Under the pieces are notes generated by a model. That model was given only the letters and a program-made list of their open reading frames with translations. It was not told the origin of the DNA and made no database searches. DNA of 64,000 nt, from NCBI GenBank assembly GCA_964642475.1, contig CAZXRC010000001.1, forward strand, positions 3,560-67,559, given 5' to 3'. Positions 51,629 through 60,760 of this stretch are shown piece after piece. The position numbers were made by a program, and so were the translations under genes. Source of the DNA: an uncultured Gemmatimonadaceae bacterium. GTDB lineage: Bacteria; Gemmatimonadota; Gemmatimonadetes; Gemmatimonadales; GWC2-71-9. The first letter of the stretch is position 1. Each line of letters opens with the position of its first letter.

Positions 51629-52678
51629 TCAGATGCTCACCACAGCCGGCGAAGCCTGCTTCCAGCGAAGATCGCTGTCCAGCCGGCCGGCGCTCTGCAG
51701 CCGGTTGATCTGCTTTAGTCTCAGGTATCGGTGCCCCTGGAACTCCTCCCGGGTCAGGCCGGCATCCCGGTAGGCGGCATACAGCTGCTCGACACCCTTC
51801 TGGACACTCCATTGCGGCCGGAAGGCCGGGAGCGCCCGGGCGATCTTGCTGCAATCCACCCGATAACACCTGGGGTCGGGTCCGCCGCCCTCGGCGTAGC
51901 GGATCGTGCATCCCGGGACCACCGCCTGCACCATGTCGGCCACCTGGCGAACCCGCAGGTTGTCTTCATTGCGACCCACGTTGAAGGCCTGATTGTGGAT
52001 CGCCTCGCGGGGCGCCTCCAGGGCCGCAATGAATGCCCGGCCGATGTCCTCGACGTGCACCAGGGGCCGCCAGGGAGTGCCGTCGCTCTGGATCAGCACG
52101 TCACCCTGGGTCAGGGCGTAGCCCACCAGGTTGTTGACCACGATGTCGCAGCGCAGGCGCGGGGATGCGCCATAGGCCGTGGCGTTACGCAGGAACACCG
52201 GGCTGAACCGGTCATCGGCCAGGTGGCGCACGTCCTGCTCGGTCAGGATCTTCGACTCGCCGTAGGCGGTGATCGGATTGAAGCCGGCCTCTTCGGTCAG
52301 CATCTCGTCCCCCGCCAACCCGTAGAGACTGCAGGAGGAGGCGAACAGCCACCGCTTCACCCCGGCGGCCTTGGCCGCCTGGGCCAGCCGCAATGAGGCG
52401 TGGTGATTGATGTCGTAGGTAACGTTGGGGTTGAGATTGCCCAACGGATCGTTGCAGAGGGCGGCGAGATGGATGACCGCGTCGAACCCGGCGAGCTGCT
52501 CCGAGGTGACATCCCTCAGATCGACCCGGATCGACGGCACGTCCGGAACCTCGGAGCCGAAGGTGCAATCCTCATACAGGTAGGTATCGAGGCCCGTGAC
52601 CGCGTGGCCGGCGGCCTGGAGCATGGGCACCATGACCGAGCCGATGTAGCCGTTGTGGCCAGTAACAAGCACCTTCAT
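51629..52678 (-). CDS. NAD-dependent sugar epimerase/dehydratase (extended SDR)
   Basis: 349 aa. Strings: MKVLVTGHNGYIGS, ASSCSLYG, YGESK (YxxxK). Confidence 0.75.
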   Translation of the reverse strand: MKVLVTGHNGYIGSVMVPMLQAAGHAVTGLDTYLYEDCTFGSEVPDVPSIRVDLRDVTSEQLAGFDAVIHLAALCNDPLGNLNPNVTYDINHHASLRLAQAAKAAGVKRWLFASSCSLYGLAGDEMLTEEAGFNPITAYGESKILTEQDVRHLADDRFSPVFLRNATAYGASPRLRCDIVVNNLVGYALTQGDVLIQSDGTPWRPLVHVEDIGRAFIAALEAPREAIHNQAFNVGRNEDNLRVRQVADMVQAVVPGCTIRYAEGGGPDPRCYRVDCSKIARALPAFRPQWSVQKGVEQLYAAYRDAGLTREEFQGHRYLRLKQINRLQSAGRLDSDLRWKQASPAVVSI

Positions 52679-52682
52679 ACAC

Positions 52683-54059
52683 TCACTCCAGCGACAGGGG
52701 AACCGAGGGCGAACGTGGCAGCGGCGGCGCCGGCGCAGCCTGCCGCTTGCTGGCAGATTCCGTGCCGTCGACCGGCCCCAGCAATCCGGCGCCGATCAGG
52801 GCCTCGGATGCCGCGCGAATGGTAGAAAACGGGAGGCCGGAGCGGTTCGCGATGTCCAGCAGGGTGTGCCGGCCGTCCGAAAAGTTCAGCACCCACAGCA
52901 ACGCCATCTCATGCCCCGGCGGCGACTTCCCGCCGGTATTCCGGTACAGGCCTCGCCGGCCCAGCTGCGGCTCGCATTTCGGGTTGAGATTGAGCAGACC
53001 GCGATCGTGCTCCAGGATTTCGACAATCGCGAGCAGCTTCTGCAGGGAATCCTGCAGGAACTCCGTCCGAACGAACTCCAGGTTGTCCGCGGAGGTATGG
53101 TACTCCGGGAACTTCCCGTTGGGTGTGCGGGTCAGGCACCCCACCGGCAGGTCGAAGCCGGGCGAACAATACTGCCGCTCGTCGTAGCCGTAGGGCACGA
53201 AGTCCAGCATCGTCCCGCCGCCCGACTGGCCGAGGATATGCTCGGCGGCACGATCCACCAGCGCGCTCCCCCGGCGGCTGCGCTTGTAGGTACTGGCGCC
53301 GGCATCGCCCAGACAGCTCAGCACCAGCCCATGCCGGATCCGGCCGGCCTCGGCCTGATGCTGCGACAGCCAGGTGATGGAGCCGATGGTCCCGGGGATG
53401 AACAGCACCCGGATGGTGTGACGCCGAGGCAGGCTCATCAGATGCCGCGCGGCGAACACCGCCACGGCCATTCCCGAGAGGTTGTCGTTGGCGAGCGACG
53501 GATGGCAACTGTGGACGCTCAGCAGGAGCTCGTCGTCGGTGGCACCCGGCAGCAGACACTCCCCATAGGTCAGGCGGCCCGGTTCGAGGGTGGAGTCGAC
53601 GCAGATCTCGTAGTCCCCCTCGGGCAGCGCCTGCAGGACCCGATGTGGCAGGCAGAAGCCCCAGTCCTCGGCATAGTAGGTCGTGCGGTAGGGAATGAGA
53701 TCCGGCTGGTCCGGAAGGGTGTGCAGCCGAGGCCGCAGGTCCGCCAGGCTCATCCGGCCCCGGAAGGGCACGCTGTAGTTCACCACATGCAGGCTGGATT
53801 CCCGGAAGTCCACCACCCGCCGGCCGCTGGCGTCGGCGATCCAGGCGTCCCGGATGTTCCACTCGTTCGGGACGGTCCAGTCGAACACCCGGGTCCCGCT
53901 GGGGACATGGGTGAACTGCAGGGGCACGAAGTCCGCGAGCCGCCGCAGGGAGGCCCGGAACCCCTCGCCGGTGATGCTCCGGCAGACGGGGAAGAGCTCG
54001 GCGATCAGGCCGTGCATCGCCCTCCCCGCCTCGGGATCGGGCCGGTACGGGGACGTCAC
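52683..54059 (-). CDS. DUF4910/aminopeptidase-like (M28-fold) protein with C-terminal winged-helix, function unknown
   Basis: ORF 52683..54158. GTG 54059 overlaps the upstream stop (GTGA); ATG 54017 is an alternative. Strings: LIAELFPVCRSITGEGFR, VPSGTRVFDWTVPNEWNI and YEICVDSTL match what I remember for the DUF4910 family seen in glycan loci. Confidence 0.6.
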   Translation of the reverse strand: MTSPYRPDPEAGRAMHGLIAELFPVCRSITGEGFRASLRRLADFVPLQFTHVPSGTRVFDWTVPNEWNIRDAWIADASGRRVVDFRESSLHVVNYSVPFRGRMSLADLRPRLHTLPDQPDLIPYRTTYYAEDWGFCLPHRVLQALPEGDYEICVDSTLEPGRLTYGECLLPGATDDELLLSVHSCHPSLANDNLSGMAVAVFAARHLMSLPRRHTIRVLFIPGTIGSITWLSQHQAEAGRIRHGLVLSCLGDAGASTYKRSRRGSALVDRAAEHILGQSGGGTMLDFVPYGYDERQYCSPGFDLPVGCLTRTPNGKFPEYHTSADNLEFVRTEFLQDSLQKLLAIVEILEHDRGLLNLNPKCEPQLGRRGLYRNTGGKSPPGHEMALLWVLNFSDGRHTLLDIANRSGLPFSTIRAASEALIGAGLLGPVDGTESASKRQAAPAPPLPRSPSVPLSLE

Positions 54060-54598
54060 GCTGCGGGCTCCGGCGCGAAGTCGGGATAGCCGGCGTCCCG
54101 CGGATGCAGCGCGGGCGCGGTCACCGGCCACGCGATCCCGAAAGCGGGGTCGTTCCACCGGACCCCGCGAGCGGCGTCGGGCTGGAAATACTCCGACATC
54201 TGGTAGTAGACATCGGTGTCATCGCTCAAGGTGACGAAGCCATGGGCGAACCCCTCGGGGATGTACAGGGCCCGGCCGGATTCGCCGGTCAGCTCGCAGC
54301 CGAAGTGCCGGGTGTAGGCCGGGGAATCGGGGCGCAGGTCGATGATGACGTCCCAGATAGCGCCCCGGGTGCAGCGAACCAGCTTCACCTCGCCATGCGG
54401 GGCAGCCTGCCAGTGCATCCCCCGCAGGGTGCCCCGGCGGAGGTTGTGAGACAGGCTGCATTGCACCAGCCGGCTGTCGAGGCCCGCCGACTCGAACTCC
54501 CGGCGGCACCAGGTGCGGGCGAAGTACCCCCGATCATCCTCGCGCCGCTCCAGCTCGACGAGGAAGGCGCCCGGCAGCCCCGTGGGGACGAAAATCAC
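54056..54598 (-). CDS. NDP-4-keto-6-deoxyhexose 3,5-epimerase family (RfbC-like cupin)
   Basis: ORF 54056..54691. GTG 54598 overlaps the upstream stop (GTGA). Strings: DDRGYFARTW, GTLRGMHWQ, GAIWDVIIDLR, LYIPEGFAHGF. Confidence 0.8.
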   Translation of the reverse strand: MIFVPTGLPGAFLVELERREDDRGYFARTWCRREFESAGLDSRLVQCSLSHNLRRGTLRGMHWQAAPHGEVKLVRCTRGAIWDVIIDLRPDSPAYTRHFGCELTGESGRALYIPEGFAHGFVTLSDDTDVYYQMSEYFQPDAARGVRWNDPAFGIAWPVTAPALHPRDAGYPDFAPEPAA

Positions 54599-55887
54599 GA
54601 CACCATCACCTCGGGAATCGGCACTACGAACCGCCCGCCCCACTCCCGGATGAAGGCCAGCTGCTCCATGATCTCCTGCTTGAGGTTCCACGGTAGGATC
54701 AGCACATAGTCGGGCCGGGCCTGTTTGAGCGCCTCTGGCGGATGGATGGGAATGTGGGTCCCGGGCGTGAATTTGCCGTGCTTGTACCGACTGCGGTCCA
54801 CCGTGAACTCGAGGAAATCGGTCCGGATGCCGCAGTAGTTGAGCAGGGTGTTGCCCTTCCCCGGCGCGCCGTACCCGACCACCCGCTTGCCAGCCCGGCG
54901 AGCCTGGATCAGGAACTCCAGCAGCTTTCGCTTGGTCTCCCGCACCCGTTCTTCGAAGCTCGCGTAGTAGGCCGGGGTGTTGATGCCGACGGCCAGCTCG
55001 CGCGAGCGCAGCTCGAGCAGACGCGCGGTCAGCGGCTTGCTCTGGTCCGCCGCGTGCCGGCCGTAGATCCGGATCGAGCCCCCGTGGGTGGGCAGCTCTT
55101 CCACGTCGAACAGCACCAGCCCGTGCGCGGCGAAGATCCGCTCCGCGGTATAGAGCGAGAAGTACGAGAAGTGCTCGTGGTAGATCTGATCGAACTGATT
55201 GCCCTCGATGGTGCGGAGCAGGTGGGGGAACTCGATCGTGATGACGCCACCCGGCGCCAGCAGGATCTTCAGTCCGCCCACGAAGTCGTTCAGGTCCGGC
55301 ACCTGGGCCAGCACGTTGTTCCCCAGCAGCAGGTCGGCCTGCTGTCCGGCGGCTGCCATCTCCCGGGCGGTGTCCCGGCCGAAGAACTTCACCAGCGTCG
55401 GCACACCCTTTTCCACCGCCACCTTGGCCACGTTCGCCGCGGGCTCGACCCCCAGGACCGGGATGCCACGGGCCACGAAGTACTGGAGCAGGTACCCGTC
55501 ATTGCTCGCCACCTCGACCACCCGGCTCGACGCTCCCAGGCCCAGCTGCCGGGTCATCTGCTCGACATACCGCTCGCAATGGGCCAGCCAGGAGTCCGAA
55601 TAGGAGGAGAAATAGGCGTACTCCGTAAAGATCTCCTCGCCCGAGACGTATTCCTCGAGCTGCACCAGGTAACAACGGCCGCAGACCCAGGCGTGGAGCG
55701 GATAGAAGGGCTCCATCCGGTTGAGCTGCTCGGCGGCGAGGAAGCTCTCGCAGAGAGGCGACATCCCGAGATCGACCACCGTGTGCTGGAAGGGTGTCCC
55801 GCAGAAACGGCAGCAGCCCGGCCGGGGCGACCCGTTCATCGCGTCAGGCCAATCGTGTCCTCGGGTATCAGCGGCTGCCGTAACCAT
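54595..55887 (-). CDS. NDP-hexose C-methyltransferase (TylCIII-like; Zn-ribbon + SAM MTase + C-terminal domain)
   Basis: ORF 54595..55905 (TTG). ATG 55887 preferred (GAGGAG about 10 nt upstream). Strings: CRFCGTPF...DLGMSPLCESF, PLHAWVCGRCYLVQL, VVEVASNDGYLL. Confidence 0.75.
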   Translation of the reverse strand: MVTAAADTRGHDWPDAMNGSPRPGCCRFCGTPFQHTVVDLGMSPLCESFLAAEQLNRMEPFYPLHAWVCGRCYLVQLEEYVSGEEIFTEYAYFSSYSDSWLAHCERYVEQMTRQLGLGASSRVVEVASNDGYLLQYFVARGIPVLGVEPAANVAKVAVEKGVPTLVKFFGRDTAREMAAAGQQADLLLGNNVLAQVPDLNDFVGGLKILLAPGGVITIEFPHLLRTIEGNQFDQIYHEHFSYFSLYTAERIFAAHGLVLFDVEELPTHGGSIRIYGRHAADQSKPLTARLLELRSRELAVGINTPAYYASFEERVRETKRKLLEFLIQARRAGKRVVGYGAPGKGNTLLNYCGIRTDFLEFTVDRSRYKHGKFTPGTHIPIHPPEALKQARPDYVLILPWNLKQEIMEQLAFIREWGGRFVVPIPEVMVS

Positions 55888-55945
55888 GCGTTTCCCGCTC
55901 CTCAAAGGTAGAGATCGAAGGGCTCAGTCTTGGCCCCGCGCAAAG

Positions 55946-55961
55946 GGCAAATCACACGCCA
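55946..55961 (-). promoter_or_regulatory. Candidate sigma-54 (-24/-12) promoter of the CDP-sugar operon
   Basis: Minus strand reads TGGCGTgtgatTTGCC (8 of 11; TGGC and TTGC cores intact, spacing exact), about 60 nt upstream of ATG 55887, in the 115-133-bp spacer (depending on which methyltransferase start is used). An inverted repeat CCGCCGA-N14-TCGGCGG lies just upstream. Confidence 0.4.
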
Positions 55962-56020
55962 GAATGACTTTACACCGCCGAATGGGGCGATCGGGTCGGC
56001 GGGCACGTTTCATGTTGCAA

Positions 56021-57031
56021 CTACGACGACTCCACTGGGGCGGCACCGCCCAGCCGACGTCGAACATAGCCCGCCAGCCGCTCCAACGTCCGTTTCGGAT
56101 TGCCGACCAGGTCCAGCAGCGCCCGGAAGGCCAGCCACATCCGAAAGCCCCAGGTCAACCGGTACCCGAGGCGGGCCAGCCCCCGGGTATGATAGGCCCA
56201 GAACTCCGGCTCCCGACCCCGCAGCGCGGCCTCACCGAGGAAAGCGAAGTAGGGATCGGCCAGACGGTCCCAGGCCCGGCGGTACTCGTCGGTATCGAGC
56301 ACCTCCCGTCCGTACAGCTTCAACATCACCAGTGTATGCAGGCCGTAGGGGTTGAACCCCACGATGCCGGTGGTGATCGATTCGTTCTCCGTGCGGCAGA
56401 AGCTCAGGACCTGATGCACGAAGCCGAAGTCCCACTCCCGCAATATCCGGTAGCAGACATCCCGATCGTTGCTCAGGCTCTGCTCGTCGAAGAACGGCTG
56501 GAGCGAGCGGACCACCGCACTCCGGTACATCACCGAGGTCTGGGTGCCGAACACGTCGAGCCCGGTCAGGAAGCGCTGCCGCCGAATGGTCCGTCCCGAG
56601 ACCAGTTCGCTGGGATACGGCAGTCCCACGCACCCGACCCCGTTTCCCACGACCATGTACGCCGAGATCAGGCCGACCGTCGGGTGCGCCTCTCCCACCC
56701 GGACCATCTGCTCGAGACAGGTGGGGAAGATCCAGTCGTCCGACAGTACCATCTTCACGTAGCGGCTGGCCGGGTGGATGAAGCCGAGCGCGTGGTTGAA
56801 GTTGGCCGCCTGCTTGCGGAACTGGTCCGCCGCGATCGCGCGGATCCGGGGATCCCGGCGCCCGTAGTCCTGGGCGATCGCCAGCGACCCATCGCTGCTC
56901 TGGTTATCGAGGACCACGCATTCCCAGTCGGTCAGCGTCTGGGCCAGGATGCTCTCGAGGCACTGGGCCAGCCATGGGGCGGTGTTGTACACCGGCACCA
57001 CGACGCTGACCAGCGGCGCACGGTTCGCCAT
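56021..57031 (-). CDS. Family-2 glycosyltransferase (soluble type)
   Basis: 336 aa. Strings: VSVVVPVYNTAPWLAQCLESILAQT, VLDNQSSDGS, LSDDW. Confidence 0.8.
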   Translation of the reverse strand: MANRAPLVSVVVPVYNTAPWLAQCLESILAQTLTDWECVVLDNQSSDGSLAIAQDYGRRDPRIRAIAADQFRKQAANFNHALGFIHPASRYVKMVLSDDWIFPTCLEQMVRVGEAHPTVGLISAYMVVGNGVGCVGLPYPSELVSGRTIRRQRFLTGLDVFGTQTSVMYRSAVVRSLQPFFDEQSLSNDRDVCYRILREWDFGFVHQVLSFCRTENESITTGIVGFNPYGLHTLVMLKLYGREVLDTDEYRRAWDRLADPYFAFLGEAALRGREPEFWAYHTRGLARLGYRLTWGFRMWLAFRALLDLVGNPKRTLERLAGYVRRRLGGAAPVESS

Positions 57032-57097
57032 CGGCTTCAGCCCCGGAAAGGCCGACGCTGCCGGGAGCCAGGTTCCCGCGGGCCGGTGCGACCGGGC

Positions 57098-58264
57098 CTA
57101 CTGCATGGCATAGTGGAGCCGTTTCTGCACGTAGGGGGTGATCCCGGCCAGCGCCTCGACGATCCGGCCCGACACCCGGCCATCGCCGTAGAGGTCGGAC
57201 GGAGCGTACCGCCCATGATCGAGCTGGCGGCGGATGGCGGTGGCGATCTCGCTCTCGGTCGGCCGCACCGGCGTGACGTGCTCGCCGGCTTCGCGGCCTT
57301 CCTGCCGGTTCCCGATCAGGACGACGGGGGTACCGAAGTAGCTGGCATCCCGGACGAAGCTGCTGGAGTTCCCCACCGCGCACGCGGTGGTGGCCAGCAC
57401 CTTCATGTAGGTCTCCGGGTCCAGGTTGGTGAGGAGCCGGAGCCAGGTCGGGTGGTGCTGGTCGCGGAACACCCGGACCGCCTTGCTGATGTGGTCGGAC
57501 CCGGCGTCGATGTTCGGCCAGAGGAGCAGGCAGGGCACTTTGATCTGGTCCAGGGCCCGAAGCAGCGCCACCATCTGCTCGCGCTCCCCGCCGAACTCGG
57601 TCGTGGTCGGATGGAACACGGCGAGGAGGAACGGGTCGGCCGGGTCGATCGTCGCGCCGCTCCCCTTCTGGTTCAGCTGGTCCGAGGAGACGGCCCGGTC
57701 GAGATGGCGGGCGATGTCGCTGCCGGGGCATCCCACCGCGAGAATGGTCCGGGGGTCTTCTCCCATGCGGACCAGGTAGTCGGCCGACCGCCGGGTGCTC
57801 GGGAAGTGAAAGTGGGAGAACTTGCTGATCGCATGACGGGCGCTCTCATCGATGGAGCCGGAGACCTCGCCACCCTGCACATGGGCCACGCACACGTTCA
57901 TGTACGCCGCCGCAATCACCGCGGCGAGCGCTTCGTAGCGGTCGCCGATGACCAGGACCACATCGGGACACAGCCGCTGGAATTCGGCGGCAAACTCGAT
58001 CACCCCGAATCCCACCGACTTGGCCATCGTGGTGGGAGTCGATCCCTCGAGTTCGATGTAGATCTGCCCCGAAATGGGGAACCCGTCCCGGCGCACCACC
58101 TCCACCGGCTGCTGGAACCGCTCGAGCAGCATGGTGCCGGCGGCGATGACCTGCAGCTCGAGCCGGGGATGCTCCTTGATGGCCGTCATGACCGGCTTGA
58201 GCCGGCCGTAGTTGGCCCGGTCCACCAGGACCACGCAGACCTTCCGCTTCGGTGCGTCACTCAT
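57098..58264 (-). CDS. neuC: UDP-N-acetylglucosamine 2-epimerase (hydrolysing), NeuC type
   Basis: ORF 57098..58318; ATG 58264 (MSDAPKRKVCVVLVDRANYGRLKPVM) preferred. Strings: GDRYEALAAVIAAAYMNV.VAHVQGGEVSGSIDE, HFPST. Confidence 0.8.
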   Translation of the reverse strand: MSDAPKRKVCVVLVDRANYGRLKPVMTAIKEHPRLELQVIAAGTMLLERFQQPVEVVRRDGFPISGQIYIELEGSTPTTMAKSVGFGVIEFAAEFQRLCPDVVLVIGDRYEALAAVIAAAYMNVCVAHVQGGEVSGSIDESARHAISKFSHFHFPSTRRSADYLVRMGEDPRTILAVGCPGSDIARHLDRAVSSDQLNQKGSGATIDPADPFLLAVFHPTTTEFGGEREQMVALLRALDQIKVPCLLLWPNIDAGSDHISKAVRVFRDQHHPTWLRLLTNLDPETYMKVLATTACAVGNSSSFVRDASYFGTPVVLIGNRQEGREAGEHVTPVRPTESEIATAIRRQLDHGRYAPSDLYGDGRVSGRIVEALAGITPYVQKRLHYAMQ

Positions 58265-58367
58265 AGGCAGCCCGTATGCATCCCGCGCGCTGGCGCAATA
58301 GGTAAGGACATCTGACACTCGTCACGCGCACCCGGCCGCCTCTCGTGACCCGGCCGGGCGCGCTGCT

Positions 58368-59429
58368 TCAGTCGTTCAGCAGATCGGTATCCTGGAGGAC
58401 GTGACCCGCGCGCACCGGATGGCGCAGGCGCCGGCCCACTACCTCCGTCATCCGGGCGGCCGGAATCCCGGTGCCGGGTTTGCGCGCCAGCAGATGCTCC
58501 GCCGCCAGCACGGTCCCCGCCCCCAGATCCGTCCGCACGGTGACGCTCTTGGTGAAGATGGAGCGGAGCGGCACCAGCGCCGGGTCCAGCTCCTCCTTCG
58601 TCACCGGATGGGCCCGCATCCGCTCGATGAACCGGATCCCGTCGACCAGGGTCCTGAATTCCGCGGTTGTGACCGACGAGGCCACGTCCGGACCGAAGGT
58701 CTCGCGGCTGAAGGTGATGTGCACCTCCAGGAAATCGATCCCCAGGGCGGCCGCGGCCAGGCCCGCGAAGATGGTCCCCGAATGGTCCGACAGCCCGACC
58801 CCGCAGTCGTATCGTTCCCGGAAGAAGGGGATCAGGTTGAGTCCGACCTTGTCGGGGGGGCAGGGATACATGGACGTGCACTGCAGCACGGTCAGCGGCA
58901 CCCCCCGTTCCATCACCCGGGCCGCGACTGCGTCGAGCTCCGCCAGCGGGCTCATCCCGCTCGAGAGGACCACCGGAAGGCCGGTCGCGAGTATCCGGTC
59001 GAACAGTTGGGTGTTGCCCACTTCGCCCGAGGCGATCTTCCACGCCGCCACGCCGACCCGGGTCAGGAGGTCCACCGCCTCCAGGGAGAAGGGCGAGCTC
59101 AGGAACTGGAGCCCCCGTTCGTCCGCGTGCCGCTTGAGCCCGTGCCACTGCTCCTCGGTGAACTCCATCCGCTTCCAATAGTCGTAGCGGGTCGCGTCCT
59201 GCGGGCTGAACTTGGTCCGCCACGGCTCGGACGGGGTCGATTCGGCCTCGGCGATGTGGGTCTGGAACTTGACCGCGTCCGCCCCGGCCCTGGCGGCCGC
59301 GTCGATGTACGCGTGGGCGGTGCCGAGGCTGCCATCGTGGGCCTGGGCCACCTCCGCGACGATCAGGCAGCGCCCGCCGGGCCCGGCCCCGGACGCGCCC
59401 GATACCGCCCCTCCGGTTCCGCCGCTCAC
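58368..59429 (-). CDS. neuB: N-acetylneuraminate (nonulosonate) synthase
   Basis: 353 aa. Strings: LIVAEVAQAHDGSL, GADAVKFQTH, LSSPFS, GLSDHSG. C-terminal SAF-like domain. GTG start overlaps the wzt stop (GTGA). Confidence 0.85.
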   Translation of the reverse strand: MSGGTGGAVSGASGAGPGGRCLIVAEVAQAHDGSLGTAHAYIDAAARAGADAVKFQTHIAEAESTPSEPWRTKFSPQDATRYDYWKRMEFTEEQWHGLKRHADERGLQFLSSPFSLEAVDLLTRVGVAAWKIASGEVGNTQLFDRILATGLPVVLSSGMSPLAELDAVAARVMERGVPLTVLQCTSMYPCPPDKVGLNLIPFFRERYDCGVGLSDHSGTIFAGLAAAALGIDFLEVHITFSRETFGPDVASSVTTAEFRTLVDGIRFIERMRAHPVTKEELDPALVPLRSIFTKSVTVRTDLGAGTVLAAEHLLARKPGTGIPAARMTEVVGRRLRHPVRAGHVLQDTDLLND

Positions 59430-60688
59430 TCGACCCTCCAGTCATGGGCAACCAGGAAGTCGCCGATCTGTCTGGGTGGCAGCTTGCCGGTGCCGTAGAA
59501 GTCGCCCTCCACCACCTCCAGCTTGCCCGCGTCGCGGACCAGGTCGGCGACGGTATCGCCGACCGAGCACCAGATGGTATAGGTGTAGGTCCCCGCCTGG
59601 AGCGGCAGGGCCGGGATCCGGCAGAGCACCCGCCCCCCCGGCGCCAGCACCAGAGGATCGCGGTGGGCGGCGCGGGAGAGACAGGCGAAGAGCGGCTGGC
59701 CGAACAGGCCGAAGAACTTCACCTGGATCGTGACGTTGGCGAGCGGTGCCGTGGACGGAGAGGCGAAGTCCAGCGCCAGGGTAATGCTCTGCCCCGAAGC
59801 GACGGTCTCCAGCACTTCCTTCCGGTCGTTCATCACTGAGGCCCGGGTCAGCCGGAGCTGCCCGTCCCCTTCGCGGTCGGTCCGCTCCGCCAGGGGAATC
59901 CCGGCGGTGGAGCGGGCCCGGGACAGGTACTCGTCGATCACTTCCTGGGTCGAGCCGGAGAAGCCGAGCCGACCGCTGTCGAGCAGGAGGCCGCGATTAC
60001 ACAGAGCCGCCACCGCCGCCATGTTATGGCTGACGAACATGACCGTGCGGCCCTCCTGGACCACGTCTCCCATCTTGCCGAGGCACTTCTTCTGAAACGC
60101 CGCGTCCCCCACCGCGAGGACTTCGTCGACCAGCAGGATCTCGGGCTCGAGGTGCGCCGCCACGCCGAACGCCAGGCGCACGTACATGCCGCTCGAGTAG
60201 CGCTTGACCGGAGTGTCCAGGAACTTCTCCACCTCGGAGAAGGCCACGATCTCGTCGAACTTGCGCCGGATCTCGGCCCGGCGCATGCCCAGCAGGGCGG
60301 CGTTCATGAAGATGTTCTCGCGCCCCGTCAGCTCGGGGTGGAAGCCGGTGCCGACCTCGAGCAGGCTCGAGACCCGGCCTCGATAGCGGATCTGGCCCCG
60401 GGTCGGCGCGGTAATCCGGCTGACCAGCTTGAGCAGGGTCGACTTGCCGGAGCCGTTGCGACCGACCACCGCGAGCGCCTCGCCCCGTCGGATGGTGAAC
60501 GAGACATCCTGCAGGGCCCAGAACTCCTCTTTCGTGGTCCGACGGCCGGGTGCCTGGGGATCCCGTCGGCGGAAGGGAGCCCGAATCGCGGACTCGATCA
60601 CGTGGCGCAGCCCGGACCCGCCGGTCTGCTGGTGGTCGATCAGGTAGCGCTTCCCCAGCCCCTCCACGCTCATCACCGTGTCGGTCAT
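59426..60688 (-). CDS. wzt: Polysaccharide ABC exporter ATP-binding protein with C-terminal glycan-binding-type extension (Wzt-like)
   Basis: ORF 59426..60694. Walker A GRNGSGKSTLLKL, signature YSSGMYVRLAF, Walker B ILLVDEVLAVGD. An extra ~170-aa beta-rich C-terminal domain, as in O-antigen Wzt proteins. Confidence 0.8.
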   Translation of the reverse strand: MTDTVMSVEGLGKRYLIDHQQTGGSGLRHVIESAIRAPFRRRDPQAPGRRTTKEEFWALQDVSFTIRRGEALAVVGRNGSGKSTLLKLVSRITAPTRGQIRYRGRVSSLLEVGTGFHPELTGRENIFMNAALLGMRRAEIRRKFDEIVAFSEVEKFLDTPVKRYSSGMYVRLAFGVAAHLEPEILLVDEVLAVGDAAFQKKCLGKMGDVVQEGRTVMFVSHNMAAVAALCNRGLLLDSGRLGFSGSTQEVIDEYLSRARSTAGIPLAERTDREGDGQLRLTRASVMNDRKEVLETVASGQSITLALDFASPSTAPLANVTIQVKFFGLFGQPLFACLSRAAHRDPLVLAPGGRVLCRIPALPLQAGTYTYTIWCSVGDTVADLVRDAGKLEVVEGDFYGTGKLPPRQIGDFLVAHDWRVE

Positions 60689-60760
60689 GCCCACCCGCCC
60701 CCGGCGCCGCCGGCCGCCCCGTCCGGGCCGGCCCGGTCTCTGCGCGCGATCACTCCCGGG

